64,000 nt of DNA from Eledone cirrhosa (GCA_964016885.1 OZ024765.1:18166001-18230000); one strand, 5' to 3'. Counted from the first letter of the stretch, positions 13,461 to 26,145 are shown. Made by a program: numbers and translations. Notes: generated by a model not told the origin, from the letters alone.

Positions 13461-13862
13461 TAGGGTGGTGGATTGGCAGTATCGGTAGAGGGTCGGACGC
13501 CATGCTTTCCAGCATAGTTACGTCCTTTTACGATCTGAGTTCAAATCCCGCCGAGGTTGACTTTGCCTTTCATCCTTACGGGGGTCGATAAAATAAAGTA
13601 CCAGTAATGCACTGGGTAATTGCTGGCCTTGTGCCTAAAGTAGATAACAATTATTATTATGTATAAATATAGGGCGGTGGATTGGCAGTATCGGTAGAGG
13701 GTCGGACGTCATGCTTTGACGCATAGAATGACGGCCCTTTCCCTTCTGAGTTCAAATCCCGCCGAGGTCAACTTTGTCTTTCATCCTTACGGGGTCGATA
13801 AAATAAAGTACCAGTAATGTACTGGCTCATTGCTGGCCTTGTTCCAAAAGTAGAAACAATTA
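13461..13862 (+). mobile_element. Two tandem full-length SINE family 1 copies (13461-13633, 13670-13862)
   Basis: Two complete units. ATTATTATTATGTATAAATATA is duplicated around the first copy. Confidence 0.92.
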
Positions 13863-14029
13863 TTATATATAAATATATACATATATATACATATATAAGT
13901 AAGCAAAAAAGTGTTGGTAAAATCCAGTACTTCAGTATGCGGATAGGGAGCACTCAACGAAGATATAGATTCCGGAGTTATAATAGTGACGAAACATAAG
14001 TCTATTGTATGAACTCATAATCCTTTATT

Positions 14030-14088
14030 TACCGTTATATATATTTCGATGATAGCCATTGTATGGCTATGACCTCATCAGGCAGTCA
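14030..14088 (-). ncRNA. Minimal hammerhead ribozyme
   Basis: Minus strand ACTGC-CTGATGA-GGTCATAGCCATACAATGGCTATCATC-GAAA-TATATA-TA-ACGGT. Confidence 0.7.
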
Positions 14089-14156
14089 GTGAGTTCTTAG
14101 ATATGCCAGCTCTGGGTTTTTGGTGTTGATGGTTTTAGAGCCTAAAACCATCAACA

Positions 14157-15020
14157 AAAAATTCCAGGACTGATGTCACAAAAGATTTATTTCAAACCTA
14201 AACTTCACTCTAAGAATTTTCTCCTTCAAAGTAATCCCCCTGGAGTATGTAACTGTAATCTTAGCTCTCTGCAGCGATCAAACTTTTTCCTTCATAATTT
14301 TATATACATGTCCTCTGTTTCAGGTCGTCCAGCAATGAGCACAGAGCAACGAACAAACTTGAAAACTCCGTCAGAAGCACTGGGATTGCTGCAGCAAGTG
14401 TATGGAGATGAGACGATGTCACGCTCACGTGTTTTTGAGTGGTGCAAGAGGTTTAAAGAAGGACGCGAGGACGTGGAAGATGACCCCAGGAGCGGAAGGC
14501 CCAAAACAACCAGGACTGAGGTCAACGTTGAGCGCGTCAGGCAGATGGTGCGTAGCGATCGTCGGCTGACTGTCCGACTGATGGCAAATGAGCTGGGCAT
14601 GAATCGGGACAGCGTCTGGAAGATTCTCACTGAAGATTTGGACATGCGGAAAGTCTGCTGAACGATGACCAGAAGGGTCGACGCATGCAAGTGTGCCAGG
14701 ACATCCTCGAGCGTCTTGAAACTGAACCAGACTTGCTAGGGCCAGTCATCAGTGGTGATGAGTCTTGGATATTCGAATACGACCCGGAGGGGACCCGTTT
14801 TGAAGACGTGGACGTTATCAAAAAGGCTGTGACGAAGGAACTGCGGAGGATCCCGGAAGAATCCTTCCAGGAGTGCATGCAAGCGTGGCAGAAAAGGCTG
14901 GAAAAGTGCATTAGACTCCAGGGGGGAATACTTTGAAGGAGAAAACTCTTAGTGTGAAGTTTGGGTTTGAAATAAATCTTTTGTAACATCAGTCCTGGAA
15001 CTTTTCTGACCCACCTCGTA
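14157..15020 (+). mobile_element. Internally deleted mariner-type DNA transposon with ~90-bp inverted ends
   Basis: HTH region QQVYGDETMSRSRVFEWCKRFKEGREDVEDDPRSGRP and first catalytic motif ISGDESWIFEYDPE, joined directly to the C-terminus (WQKRLEKCI). Inverted ends 14157-14246 / 14915-15005. Right end CTCG-TA. Confidence 0.93.
14336..14940 (+). pseudogene. Mariner transposase pseudogene (frameshift plus deletion of most of the catalytic domain)
   Basis: ORFs 14173-14661 and 14685-14936 are in different frames. The second and third Asp motifs are missing. Confidence 0.9.
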
Positions 15021-15151
15021 TATATATAATTGGTGCAGCATGCTTAAAGCGTCCGTATGCGGTAGCCCGTTTGAGCACTCGATGCTCTCACAGAGCAGAG
15101 TATGATATCACAAAAAAAAGAGAATCAGTGTTGCGACGAATGGAATTTATT

Positions 15152-15198
<47 letters not shown>

Positions 15199-15382
15199 AA
15201 AATAAGATGCTGAGGTTACATATATCGTTTAATCATAATAATTATTTCCACGGTTCTCCATGCAATCGAGATGTCCTTCTTGCATTTTCTGTTGATTACG
15301 AGAACGGTTTCCTCAGATGAAAAATCGATATATTTGACATGTCGCTGGCAGGAAAACACACATCCTAATGCCTGTGAGCCCA

Positions 15383-15422
<40 letters not shown>

Positions 15423-15509
15423 ATTTCTAATTTCTGCCGGACCGGCAACCGCTCTTTCAAACCAGTTCCTGTACACAGCTAAGTATTCTATAAGTCTCTA
15501 GCTGTGTCA

Positions 15510-15597
15510 TTCTCGATAAAAGCACTGGATATGTAGTCCTGAAGATTTCTAATAAGAATGAAACGCGTAGATTACTTCCCTTGCTTTTATCGAGAAT
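15510..15597 (+). ncRNA. Intact type-I hammerhead ribozyme with extended stem I
   Basis: GTAGTC(15533)-CTGAAGA-TTTCTAATAAGAAT-GAAA(15560)-CGCG-TA-GATTAC. The outer helix TTCTCGATAAAAGCA / TGCTTTTATCGAGAA extends stem I. Confidence 0.88.
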
Positions 15598-15697
15598 CTA
15601 ATTGTAATACGTGACGTATTCTATTCTATAGCGATTAGGTCTTCAAAATGTTTATTATAAACATACAGAATATTTTCGAATATTCTATGTCTATATT

Positions 15698-15760
<63 letters not shown>

Positions 15761-15848
15761 ATATATACTCACACACACACATATGTATACACACACACAC
15801 ATAAATATAATATATATATATATATATGTACATATATATATATATATA

Positions 15849-15892
<44 letters not shown>

Positions 15893-15894
15893 TA

Positions 15895-15954
<60 letters not shown>

Positions 15955-15985
15955 GATATATACATATCTATATATATATATATGT

Positions 15986-16060
<75 letters not shown>

Positions 16061-16134
16061 TAAATATATATATATATATAACCTACATACAGCACTCTTT
16101 TTTCCTGGACCTTTCCGACGGAATTACTTCATTT

Positions 16135-16266
<132 letters not shown>

Positions 16267-16285
16267 GTACATATATATATATATA

Positions 16286-16427
<142 letters not shown>

Positions 16428-16553
16428 CATATATATATATATATATATGAACATATATATATATATGTACATATATATATGTGCATATATATATATATTA
16501 TATATACATGTGTGTGTGTGTGTGAGTATATACACACACATACAAACACACAC

Positions 16554-16585
<32 letters not shown>

Positions 16586-16890
16586 CTATATATATATACA
16601 TATAGAAATTAATGATCGTGACTGGTGTACCATTGATCATATGTTTGTTCGATCAGGCTTGATCCTGGGGCTTCGTAACAATAACAACAACAACAGCAGC
16701 ACCAGCAGCAGGAGCCGCACAAACATGAAAACTATCAATATGCAAATTTTGTTACTTCATTTTTTTTAATGTAAATATATATGCTGCGTCTCCCAGCGGA
16801 ACTGAAGTTCAGTGAAGCTTGATACTGGACAACATATATACACACCGTAATATGGTTGTGTATGCAATTGCAGATATTTTGTGCTATCGC

Positions 16891-17587
16891 CAGCTCTCAT
16901 CTGTCTTCTTTTCTCTTAAAATACACTCTCTTCTCTCCGGATCTATTTTCCGATGAAGAATAACCCTCCGAAACGTCAAGAATGTTTGACAATTATTGAA
17001 AGCGTTATACTTATATACCATTATTGTATCAGCTCACATCTGTCTTCTTTTTCTCTTAAAATACACTCTCTTCTCTCCGGATCTATTTTCCGATGAAGAA
17101 TAACCCTCCGAAACGTCAAGAATGTTTGACAATTATTGAAAGCGTTATACTTATATACCATTATTGTATCAGCTCACATCTGTCTTCTTTTCTCTTAAAA
17201 TACACTCTCTTCTCTCCGGATCTATTTTCCGATGAAGAATAACCCTCCGAAACGTCAAGAATGTTTGACAATTATTGAAAGCGTTATACTTATATAACAT
17301 TATTGTATCAGTTCACATCTGTCTTCTTTTCTCTTAAAATACAATCTCTTCTCTCCGGATCTATTTTTCGATGAAGAATAACCCTCCGAAACGTCAAGAA
17401 TGTTTGACAATTATTGAAAGCGTTATACTTATATACCATTATTGTATCAGCTCACATCTGTCTTCTTTTCTCTTAAAATACAATCTCTTCTCTCCGGATC
17501 TATTTTTCGATGAAGAATAACCCTCCGAAACGTCAAGAATGTTTGACAATTATTGAAAGCGTTATACTTATATACCATTATTGTATT
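16891..17587 (+). repeat. Five tandem ~139-bp units, each with a hammerhead-like motif
   Basis: Units start near 16891, 17030, 17170, 17309 and 17448. Each has TATTTT-(C/T)CGATGA-AGAATAACCCTCC-GAAA-CG-TC-AAGAAT. Confidence 0.9.
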
Positions 17588-18050
17588 GCTTTGTTCTCTG
17601 CTACTGTTTTCATTTTCAGTAGCAGCAAAAACAACAACACCATCACCACCATTATGCAAATCCAGTAACACTTCCATGTTTTTATGTAACTATATAACCT
17701 ACATTCACTCAGCGAAACGGTGGTGTTCAGCGAAGCCTGATGTTCGTTAATGAAGTAGAAACTATGTCGGCTACTATAACTCCCAAAGAGTTATCGATTA
17801 GTTAAAATTCGCAATATATCACCAAAATTTGTTGCATAGTGATTTAAAATATATGATTTAAACATATCTTACGAAATATACTTACTTTCCATGCTGTGCT
17901 TAGTGGCGCGAAGTTTTTAATTTTCGGAAGTTATCTAAGAGTTATATGCAAACTAACATATTCACCTGTAAGCTAAGTGACTTCAATATATATATATATA
18001 TATATAGTCATAAACACACACTTTTATATATTTCTCTGTTTGTATATACA

Positions 18051-18196
<146 letters not shown>

Positions 18197-18258
18197 TATA
18201 CATTTACACAAATACATATACACACACATTTGTATATTTCTGTGTTTGTATATATACA

Positions 18259-18596
<338 letters not shown>

Positions 18597-18633
18597 TATA
18601 TATACACATATATATAAATATATACATATATAC

Positions 18634-18729
<96 letters not shown>

Positions 18730-19357
18730 TATATATATATGGTTTGTTGCTTGCTGCAAGTAGCCTATGATCTTTGGGCAGAACGTTGAGTTCAAGTGAA
18801 ATCTGACGAGCTTCATTCAACCAGAAACTACAGTTCTACAGACACCCAGAGCGTCTCATCGACAGAATACTGGGATTACACTTAACAAAACAACAACATC
18901 TCGAAGAGCTGCATATTTACGAATGTAAATATGTCTGCATGTCTGTCTCTCTGCACGTCTGACTGTCTGTATGGAGATATGTATGTGTGTGTATGTATGT
19001 TTGTATGTTTGTGTGTATGTATATATGTTTGTATATATGTTTGTATGTATGTATGTATGTATTTAGATCTGTATGTATGTATGTACGTATGTATATATGT
19101 TTGTTTGTAATGTATGTATGTATGTATGTATGTATGTAAGTATGTAGATCAGCTTGTACGTATTATGTATGTGTATATGTATGTTTGCATGTATATATGT
19201 ACGTATGTATGTTTGTATGTATGTAATTATGTGTGTATGTATGTATGTTTGTATGTACGCATGTATGTATGTAGATATGTATTATGTATGTATGTTTGTA
19301 TGTATGTGCGTATGTATGTTTGTATGTATGTCTCTATGTATGTATGTCTCTATATAT

Positions 19358-19967
19358 GTCAGGTCACCAGTTGGTGCTACTGGTAACATGTATCCCAGTA
19401 CAACCTGTCTCATGGTCGCGTCGTTGGCGACTAAACTGGCAACCCCACAAGGTTTCTTGGTGAGGAGGGTGACTTTGGACATCCTGCAGGACTAAAAACA
19501 AAACCTGTCAAAGGGCAAAAGGAGCTCTTAAGAGTCAATGGCCATCCAAAATCACCGGGAGAGATGACCCCTTAGCCTTTGTCAAGGCAGAATTCTAGGA
19601 GAAGGAAAACTCTGATATAACACCTGCAACCCTGATGGTATCCAGTGATGTTGACTTGTTCTTATTTTTGGTAAATATCATCTTGGTTAAGAGAGTGGGA
19701 CTGGCTTTGTGCAGTGCCTTTACTCACTATAAAAGCTTCACGGCACAGGCATTGCCTTATATCTGGAGATCTCTCTGCACTTGTCGTCACGTGGTACCAT
19801 GGGCCCAGCACTATGTGTCAGTAATTGTCACAAGTGTAGTGTTTGTACCAGGGTTTTCAAGTCGCTGGCTGGACTAAAAAGTCACACTCGTTCAGCGCAT
19901 CGGTAGGGGTTCTCCTACATGGATATAAAGTAGTGGCCGTACTCGAAAACGAGTTGGCAGCCACCAT
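19358..19967 (+). mobile_element. ~610-bp non-coding interspersed element in (TATG)n (copy 1)
   Basis: Closely similar inverted copy at 34981-35589 with the same ends. Contains GGAGAAGGAAAACTCTGAT, reminiscent of RTE 5' UTRs. Confidence 0.8.
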
Positions 19968-20070
19968 GTATGTATGTATGTATGTATTTAATTATGTATG
20001 TATGAATATGAATATATATATTTGTTTGTCTCTCTGTATGTATGTATGTCTATGTATGTATGTATGTATC

Positions 20071-20156
20071 AACCTCGGCGGGATTTGAACTCAGATCGTA
20101 AAGGGACGTAACTATGCTGGAAAGCATGGCGTCCGACCATCTACCGATACTGCCAA
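20071..20156 (-). mobile_element. SINE family 1 head fragment
   Basis: AACCTCGGCGGGATTTGAACTCAG...CCGATACTGCCAAT. Confidence 0.85.
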
Positions 20157-20403
20157 TAATGCTATATCGTGCAATGGCCATACTCGATAACGAGGGGGCA
20201 GTTATCATGTATGTATTAATGCTTGTCTGCGCGCTTGCATCAATGTATGTAGGCATATGTGTACTTATTTTTTGTTTGCAAGTGTGTATGGGTGTATATA
20301 TGTATCAATATATGTGCTTTTGCTCGTATGTATGTATCCTTTTATGCACGTATGTTTATATGTATACATGTATGTATTCAAATACATATACGCATTCACA
20401 CTC

Positions 20404-20471
<68 letters not shown>

Positions 20472-20714
20472 GTAGATATATGTATAAATATAAACATACA
20501 CACAGAAACTCACAGATATATATCTATATAAAGTCATACATATTCAGGTATGCATGCATGTGCGCGTGTGTATACAATTTGAATTCAATCCAAATTTGTG
20601 AAAGAATTCAATACTAAAACCTGACTATTGTTTATCTCAATTTATCCATATTCTCACGACATCCACAAGGTATATGATATATATTAATATACACACATAT
20701 ATATATATATATAT

Positions 20715-20853
20715 TCAGTACAGAATTAGCCGTCGAAACGGCTTGAGCTCAGCCGTCGGGGTCTTACTTGTTCCTCTTACCCACTCTACTACCCCAAGTA
20801 TTCAGTACTTTGGTGCGTTATGGTCCACCTGGTTCCTTACCACATTTCCTTCG

Positions 20854-20856
<3 letters not shown>
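20715..20856 (+). mobile_element. Short (TA)n-embedded repeat, family E
   Basis: Homologous to 30063-30200, 30885-30972 and, inverted, to 30230-30330 and 61748-61823. Confidence 0.75.
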
Positions 20857-20923
<67 letters not shown>

Positions 20924-21340
20924 AAAAGTTCTATTTAAATTGTTGGGATATAACAAGCAAATATTTTTATAACTGATATAAAGCACTCAACAAATAATTG
21001 GAGTAAAAATACGATATTAACAAATGGAAACTATATTTATAAAACCATATTTATTTCATTATACATATTTCAAGGACACCAAGTTAAATTATGGTGTGCT
21101 TTCATCAGATAAAATATAATATAGAGCGGTTTTATAAATAAATATTGACATACCCTTAAAGAATGCAACCATTACTGTTGGAAGCTCCCGGATAAGGGTA
21201 TGTCAATATTTATTTATAAAACCGCTCTATATTATATTTTATCTGATGAAAGCACACCATAATTTAACTTGGTGTCCTTGAAATATGTATAATGAAATAA
21301 ATATGGTTTTATAAATATAGTTTCCATTTGTTAATATTGT
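20924..21340. mobile_element. PLE-like fold-back terminus family A with two hammerheads (21052-21116 minus, 21235-21299 plus)
   Basis: ~150-bp inverted arms. TATTTTAT-CTGATGA(21243)-AAGCACACCA...TGGTGTCCTT-GAAA(21280)-TATGTA-TA-ATGAAATA. The left arm has a ~85-bp extra tail. Confidence 0.85.
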
Positions 21341-21372
21341 ATATATATATATATTTTACATATATATATATG

Positions 21373-21590
21373 AAGGCGTGTGGCTGATTGGTTAGAGAAC
21401 TGGATTCACGATCGTGAGATTGTCAGTTCGATTCCTGGACCAGGCGATGCGTTATGTCCTTGAGCAAGACACTTTATTTCACGTTGCTCCTTCTACCTGG
21501 AGTTGCAACCGATCGATAGTATTAGCAATTGGAAAGACCAACGGAAACATTGTTTCCTCGGTCCGATTTGACGAAAGTCGATCGACAAAT
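21373..21590 (+). mobile_element. tRNA-derived SINE family 2 (CORE-like central domain)
   Basis: A box TGGCTGATTGG, B box GTTCGATTCC, then TGTCCTTGAGCAAGACACTT. Second copy at 32460-32672. Confidence 0.8.
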
Positions 21591-21606
21591 TATTATTATA
21601 TATATA

Positions 21607-21775
21607 TCATCGTTCAACGCCTATCTTCCAGCCTAGCCTGGGTTAGACGGGTTTGTCGCATATGAGCATGGGTGATCGTGTCTCTGTCGTATAGGACTGT
21701 TTCTGGCTGGTTTTCTACGTCTGAATGCCCTTCCTAGCGCCAACCACATTTACAGTGTGGGCTAGGTTCTTTTTA
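21607..21775 (-). mobile_element. SINE family 3 3' part (V-domain-like), adjoining a ~47-bp tandem repeat that runs to ~21900
   Basis: Minus strand GTTGGCGCTAGGAAGGGCATTCAGACGTAGAAAACC...GGCGTTGAACGATGAT resembles V-SINE cores with an RTE-type tail. Recalled similarity. Confidence 0.55.
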
Positions 21776-21974
21776 CCGTCTCTCCTACACGACTACTTTA
21801 CAGTGTGGATTGAATGCTTTTTGTCGCAACACCTACACGACGACTTTACAGTGTGGATTGAATGCTTTTTGTCGCAACACCTACACGACGACTTTACAGT
21901 GCGGACAGGGTGATCTGTGGTACCTATATAACTTGAGTTAAGAGGTGCGTACTTACTGTAGGTTTAACTTCGTA

Positions 21975-22230
21975 CGTAAGGAAAGGTGGGTCTTCTGTGT
22001 TATTGTATAGTGCCAAAGAACTCGATCCAATGACATTGTCTTAGAGAGGTGTATGTGTGCAAGGTCAGTTTTTATCACCACGTCCCGGGTCTTTCTGGTT
22101 CTACCTACTCCGTAACTTCCATCAATTTTGATAGCCCTGCACTTTTTTATACAGCTGTCGTCCTTCATACGCATCACCTGACCATACCAACGTAATCTCC
22201 TCTCAAGTAAACTGCATCTGATCTCTCCTA
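21975..22230 (-). mobile_element. RTE-clade LINE 3' remnant
   Basis: RRLRWYGQVMRMKDDSCIKK...GVGRTRKT matches the RLRW-x-GHV-x-RM...GRPRK-x-W C-terminal motif. Confidence 0.85.
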
Positions 22231-22438
22231 TATATATATACATATCAGTTTGACAATCGCCATCGACGAATGCAAAAAAGTTCTCCAGGAAAGTCAACCA
22301 GGAATCTTTAAAAATCTTCCCACTGAAGTTAACAAAGAACTTACTAGATCTACAAAACCAAATTGCAAAATCATAATATTTTAAAATTAAATCAATTTGT
22401 TTAGAACTAAAAGTGAAGTCATTCGATTCCTTTTTTTT

Positions 22439-22489
<51 letters not shown>

Positions 22490-23139
22490 ATGTAAGCACT
22501 CTTTGTTTTTGTTTCATATATATATATATATATGAGTGTGTGTGTAGGTCAAGGTTAGTTCCATTCTGGACCCTCTTTGGAATCACGTGATACGCAATCT
22601 TTGTGAGTCCATCCCACTCCTCCCAGGACAGTTCACAGGCCCATCGCCAGCTTTTGCGGCAGGAAATGAAGACTGCAATATAGTTATCGGAAAAGTCCAA
22701 TCCACCTCAGGCCTGAATGTGGCCCATTTTTACTCGCGCGAAGGACAATGCGGTATGAATTCTTCTTTGTTTTCCTCATCATGTGGTCCTAATCACGCCA
22801 GTCACTAATCTGTTACTTTGTCAAACCCACGAAGACTAGGCTTTTTTAGAGGCAACCTTTACTCGCCTTTACATAGCTACGTCACTGTGTTGTGATGGTT
22901 CTCTTGTGAGCTATAGATGTCACCCATTGTTCCATCGCCCCTAGTAGTTTACCACTGTTGGTCCAGGGCTGCTTATTCGTCGACAGTTGCCCGTTAAATA
23001 TAATGGCCAGATGCTTTCCTCTATACATACTTAAACACACATGCATACATATTGAACACAACCTCAAGGATATGGTCCGAACGTGGAAGAGGCGAACTCA
23101 CCCTGTCATCGCCTCCATCTCTCTCGCCCTCCCCATCTC

Positions 23140-23325
23140 TCTGTATGGTGATCAAATGGGGTCCCACGTTTCTGGCCTCCCCACAGTCCCGGCGGACAGA
23201 ATTGAGAAGGCGTTTGCTTGGAGGGTGGTGAGGGAGATGCGCTGGAAGAACCATTCCAACTCGCGTGGCTCACACCTTCGACGAGCCAGCTCAACGCCTA
23301 TGGTGGTGAGTAGGGAGGTAGCCAT
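23140..23325 (-). mobile_element. CRE-clade remnant (second copy; third fragment at 27845-27915)
   Basis: Minus strand ATSLLTTIGVELARRRCEPRELEWFFQRISLTTLQANAFSIL, homologous to 12210-12340. Confidence 0.8.
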
Positions 23326-23532
23326 CATATCACGTGGCCGTATCGTTATCCACCACCTGAGACCCGTTCTCTAGCTGAACAGCTATCTAACGGTGTATAT
23401 TTTTTTTTACAAGATATTAGAATTGTTGTACTAATAACAATAACTATATGACTGCCATCTTGTGGTTATTTAACGTCTATTTTAGATCGAGGGCTTATTG
23501 GTCAACAAATCGATATTATTATATATCGAAGA

Positions 23533-23897
23533 GGCGGTGGATTGGCAGTATCGGTAGAGGGTCGGACGCCATGCTTTCCAGCATAGTTATGTCCCTTTGC
23601 GATCTGAGTTCAAATCCCGCCGAGGTTGACTTTGCCTTTCATCCTTACGGGGTCGATAAAATAAAGTACCAGTAATGCACTGGGTAATTGCTGGCCTTGT
23701 GCCTAAAGTAGAAACAATTATTATATATCGAAAGGTCGTACGCCATGCTTTAACGCATAGAGTTACGGCCCTTGCCATTCTGAGTTCAAATCCCGCCGAG
23801 GTTAACTTTGCCTTTCATCCTTACGGGGTCGATAAAATAAAGTACCAGTAATACACTGACATAATTGCTGGCCTTGTGCCGAAAGTAGAAACAATTA
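23533..23897 (+). mobile_element. Two SINE family 1 copies (23533-23722 full, 23733-23897 5'-truncated or interrupted)
   Basis: Consensus match. ATTATTATATATCGAA is duplicated around the first copy. Confidence 0.9.
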
Positions 23898-24072
23898 TTT
23901 TTTTATATTATTATACCCAATGGCTTTCAACGATATTTGAACTTATTGGAGGACAGCCTTCGGACATCTTTTTCTTTATACACTTATTATTATATATCGA
24001 TGACAACATGAATAGACATAGTTTCCGATTCTGCTCCACCCGTCCCTTCAATCTTTCTAATTTCTCTTTCTT

Positions 24073-24108
24073 TCTTCTGATGAAGGACTAGCATCCGAAA
24101 CGTTAAGA
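24073..24108 (+). ncRNA. Minimal hammerhead ribozyme
   Basis: TCTT-CTGATGA(24077)-AGGACTAGCATCC-GAAA(24097)-CG-TT-AAGA, followed by a ~70-bp tail and (TA)n. A homologue of the tail is at 30340-30423. Confidence 0.75.
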
Positions 24109-24174
24109 CCTGCTATTTCAAGCGCTAACCTAATATATTCCTTCCATACTGTACCGATGGTTATTCCTGTTTAC

Positions 24175-24256
<82 letters not shown>

Positions 24257-24367
24257 AAGAGAGAGAAAGTGAGATGAGAGATGGGGGTAGAGAGGGGGGT
24301 GAGAACAAGTTAAATATTTAGATAAGTTTATATTTTTCCTGAAGTGTGTGTACATGTCTTTGGTGGA

Positions 24368-24413
<46 letters not shown>

Positions 24414-24414
24414 T

Positions 24415-24446
<32 letters not shown>

Positions 24447-24859
24447 CGTCTGTGTGTGTTTGAAAGCATCGTAACAGTTACAGTGTGAATGGACATCTTT
24501 CGTAAATCATTAAAGATCACAAATGCTTTTATTTCATGTTTCATTACAATATTATATAATATATATTTTATATTTATGGATACAGATTATATCGTTGCTA
24601 TTTATATTAAATATCAGTTGTTTGTGTTTAACAGCTCAGACTCTTCATGTTTAGCAACGTTTAAGATAGTCGTTTGTGTTTAGTGCCACGAACACCTGAT
24701 ATCTTACGGTGTTAACAGTTGTGCTGACTCACAGAAATGACCGGTAGAGGAAATAAAGAAAGGCGATATACAAGACAAGTTCACACACACACATCTTCAC
24801 TCCACCCTCATCAGCTCCCAGACCAGCAAAATGGTTTCGCACGATTTGTTAATGTTTAA

Positions 24860-25880
24860 CTGTGGTGTATTGTATTGTTACATACATTTGGTGTTTAGTC
24901 CACAATAGACCCAGTTCTTTACGTTTAGATGCCGTATCAAAGTCTGGTGTTTAGTAGATGTGTTAAAGCTTGGTGTTTAGCTCCTGCAGCCGTGCCTGCT
25001 GTTTAGTATCTGTATCAAAATCTGTTGTTTAGTTCCTGCATGAAAATCAGTTGTTTATTGCCTGTACCAATATTTTGAAGTGTTTTTATTGGACTAATGT
25101 TTGGGGTTTAGCTGTTTTAACGACGGTTTATTGTTACAAACACTGTTTGTGTTTAGCAGCAGCATACACAATTGCTCGCGTTGTGCAGTGTATCAAGTGT
25201 TTTTTATGTTTAGTTAATGTATCAATCTCTGGCGTTCGGTTCCTGTTTCAATACCTGGTGTTTAGAATATGTATTCGTACTTAGTGCTTAATAGTTTTCA
25301 TAATCTTTAGTGTTTAACTGATAAGAACCATATTGGTGTTTAGCAGCAAACACAAACAAATGTTTCTTCAATCTTTTGTGTTTAGTTGCTTTATCAGTGT
25401 CGGCTGTTTAGTTATTGTCTTAGTATCTAGCGTTTAGATCCTCGACCAATGCCTGGTGTTCAGTTCCTCGACTAATGTCTGGTCTGGCGTTTAGTTCCGG
25501 GATCAATGTCTGCTCTGGTGTTTAGAACCTGTAGCTGTTTGGAGTTTAACAGCTTTCATAATCTCCGGTGTTTAGAAAATATAGAAGTCGTGTATTGTTA
25601 CAAACATTCAAGTGTTTATGAGCAACGCAGACAATTGTTCTCTGTTTAGCAATGAGTTCAATCTGTGTGTGTGCGCGTGTGCGTGTATGTGTGTGCGCGC
25701 GTGTGTCTGTGTGCGTATGCGTGCGTGTGTAGCTTCTGTGAAAATATCTGGCGTTTAGAAACCTGAGTCGTTGTTTTGGTGTTTAATGTCAGCATCAATG
25801 TGTTTAATATATATGCCGGTGGTGTTCAGCAAATTAAACAGCGACGTATTGGTAGAAACATGTTGATGTTTAGCAGCAAC
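24860..25880. repeat. Highly degenerate tandem repeat with a recurring (G)GTGTTTAG motif
   Basis: GTGTTTAG-like words recur about every 20-45 bp, all on one strand. Confidence 0.65.
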
Positions 25881-26021
25881 AGGCAGACCTCGAACAGTAC
25901 TTAGCACGTATCACCAGGCAGATATATCCGACAAGACGAAAACCAATGAAAAGTATAACCATCATCATAAAGTCGAACTGATAGTTATCCTGAATTGAAA
26001 TAAGGAAACAAAATTGACAGA

Positions 26022-26089
26022 TTAATGGATTGACAGATTAACGGATTGACAGATTAACGGATTGACAGATTAACGGGATAGCAGATTAA
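26022..26089. repeat. 16-bp-scale tandem repeat (GATTGACAGATTAACG)
   Basis: Direct reading, 4-5 copies. Confidence 0.85.
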
Positions 26090-26145
26090 GTTGGAAAGTT
26101 ATTAATGGACGTAAAGGGAGAAGTTAAAAAAAGCAAACCATGAAA

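Noticed and set aside
18798-18840. CTGACGA...GAAACTACAG hammerhead candidate
   Set aside because: Stems I and II cannot be paired convincingly.
20924-21340. Reading the fold-backs as MITEs or miRNA precursors
   Set aside because: Arms are asymmetric, turn-around points differ between copies of one family, solo arms exist, and the arms carry hammerhead motifs. This does not fit TIR elements or miRNA hairpins.
22550-22860. GC-richer island that could be an exon or LINE fragment (also 1180-1410 and 38660-38890)
   Set aside because: No recognisable protein motif or clear splice signals. Needs BLASTx.
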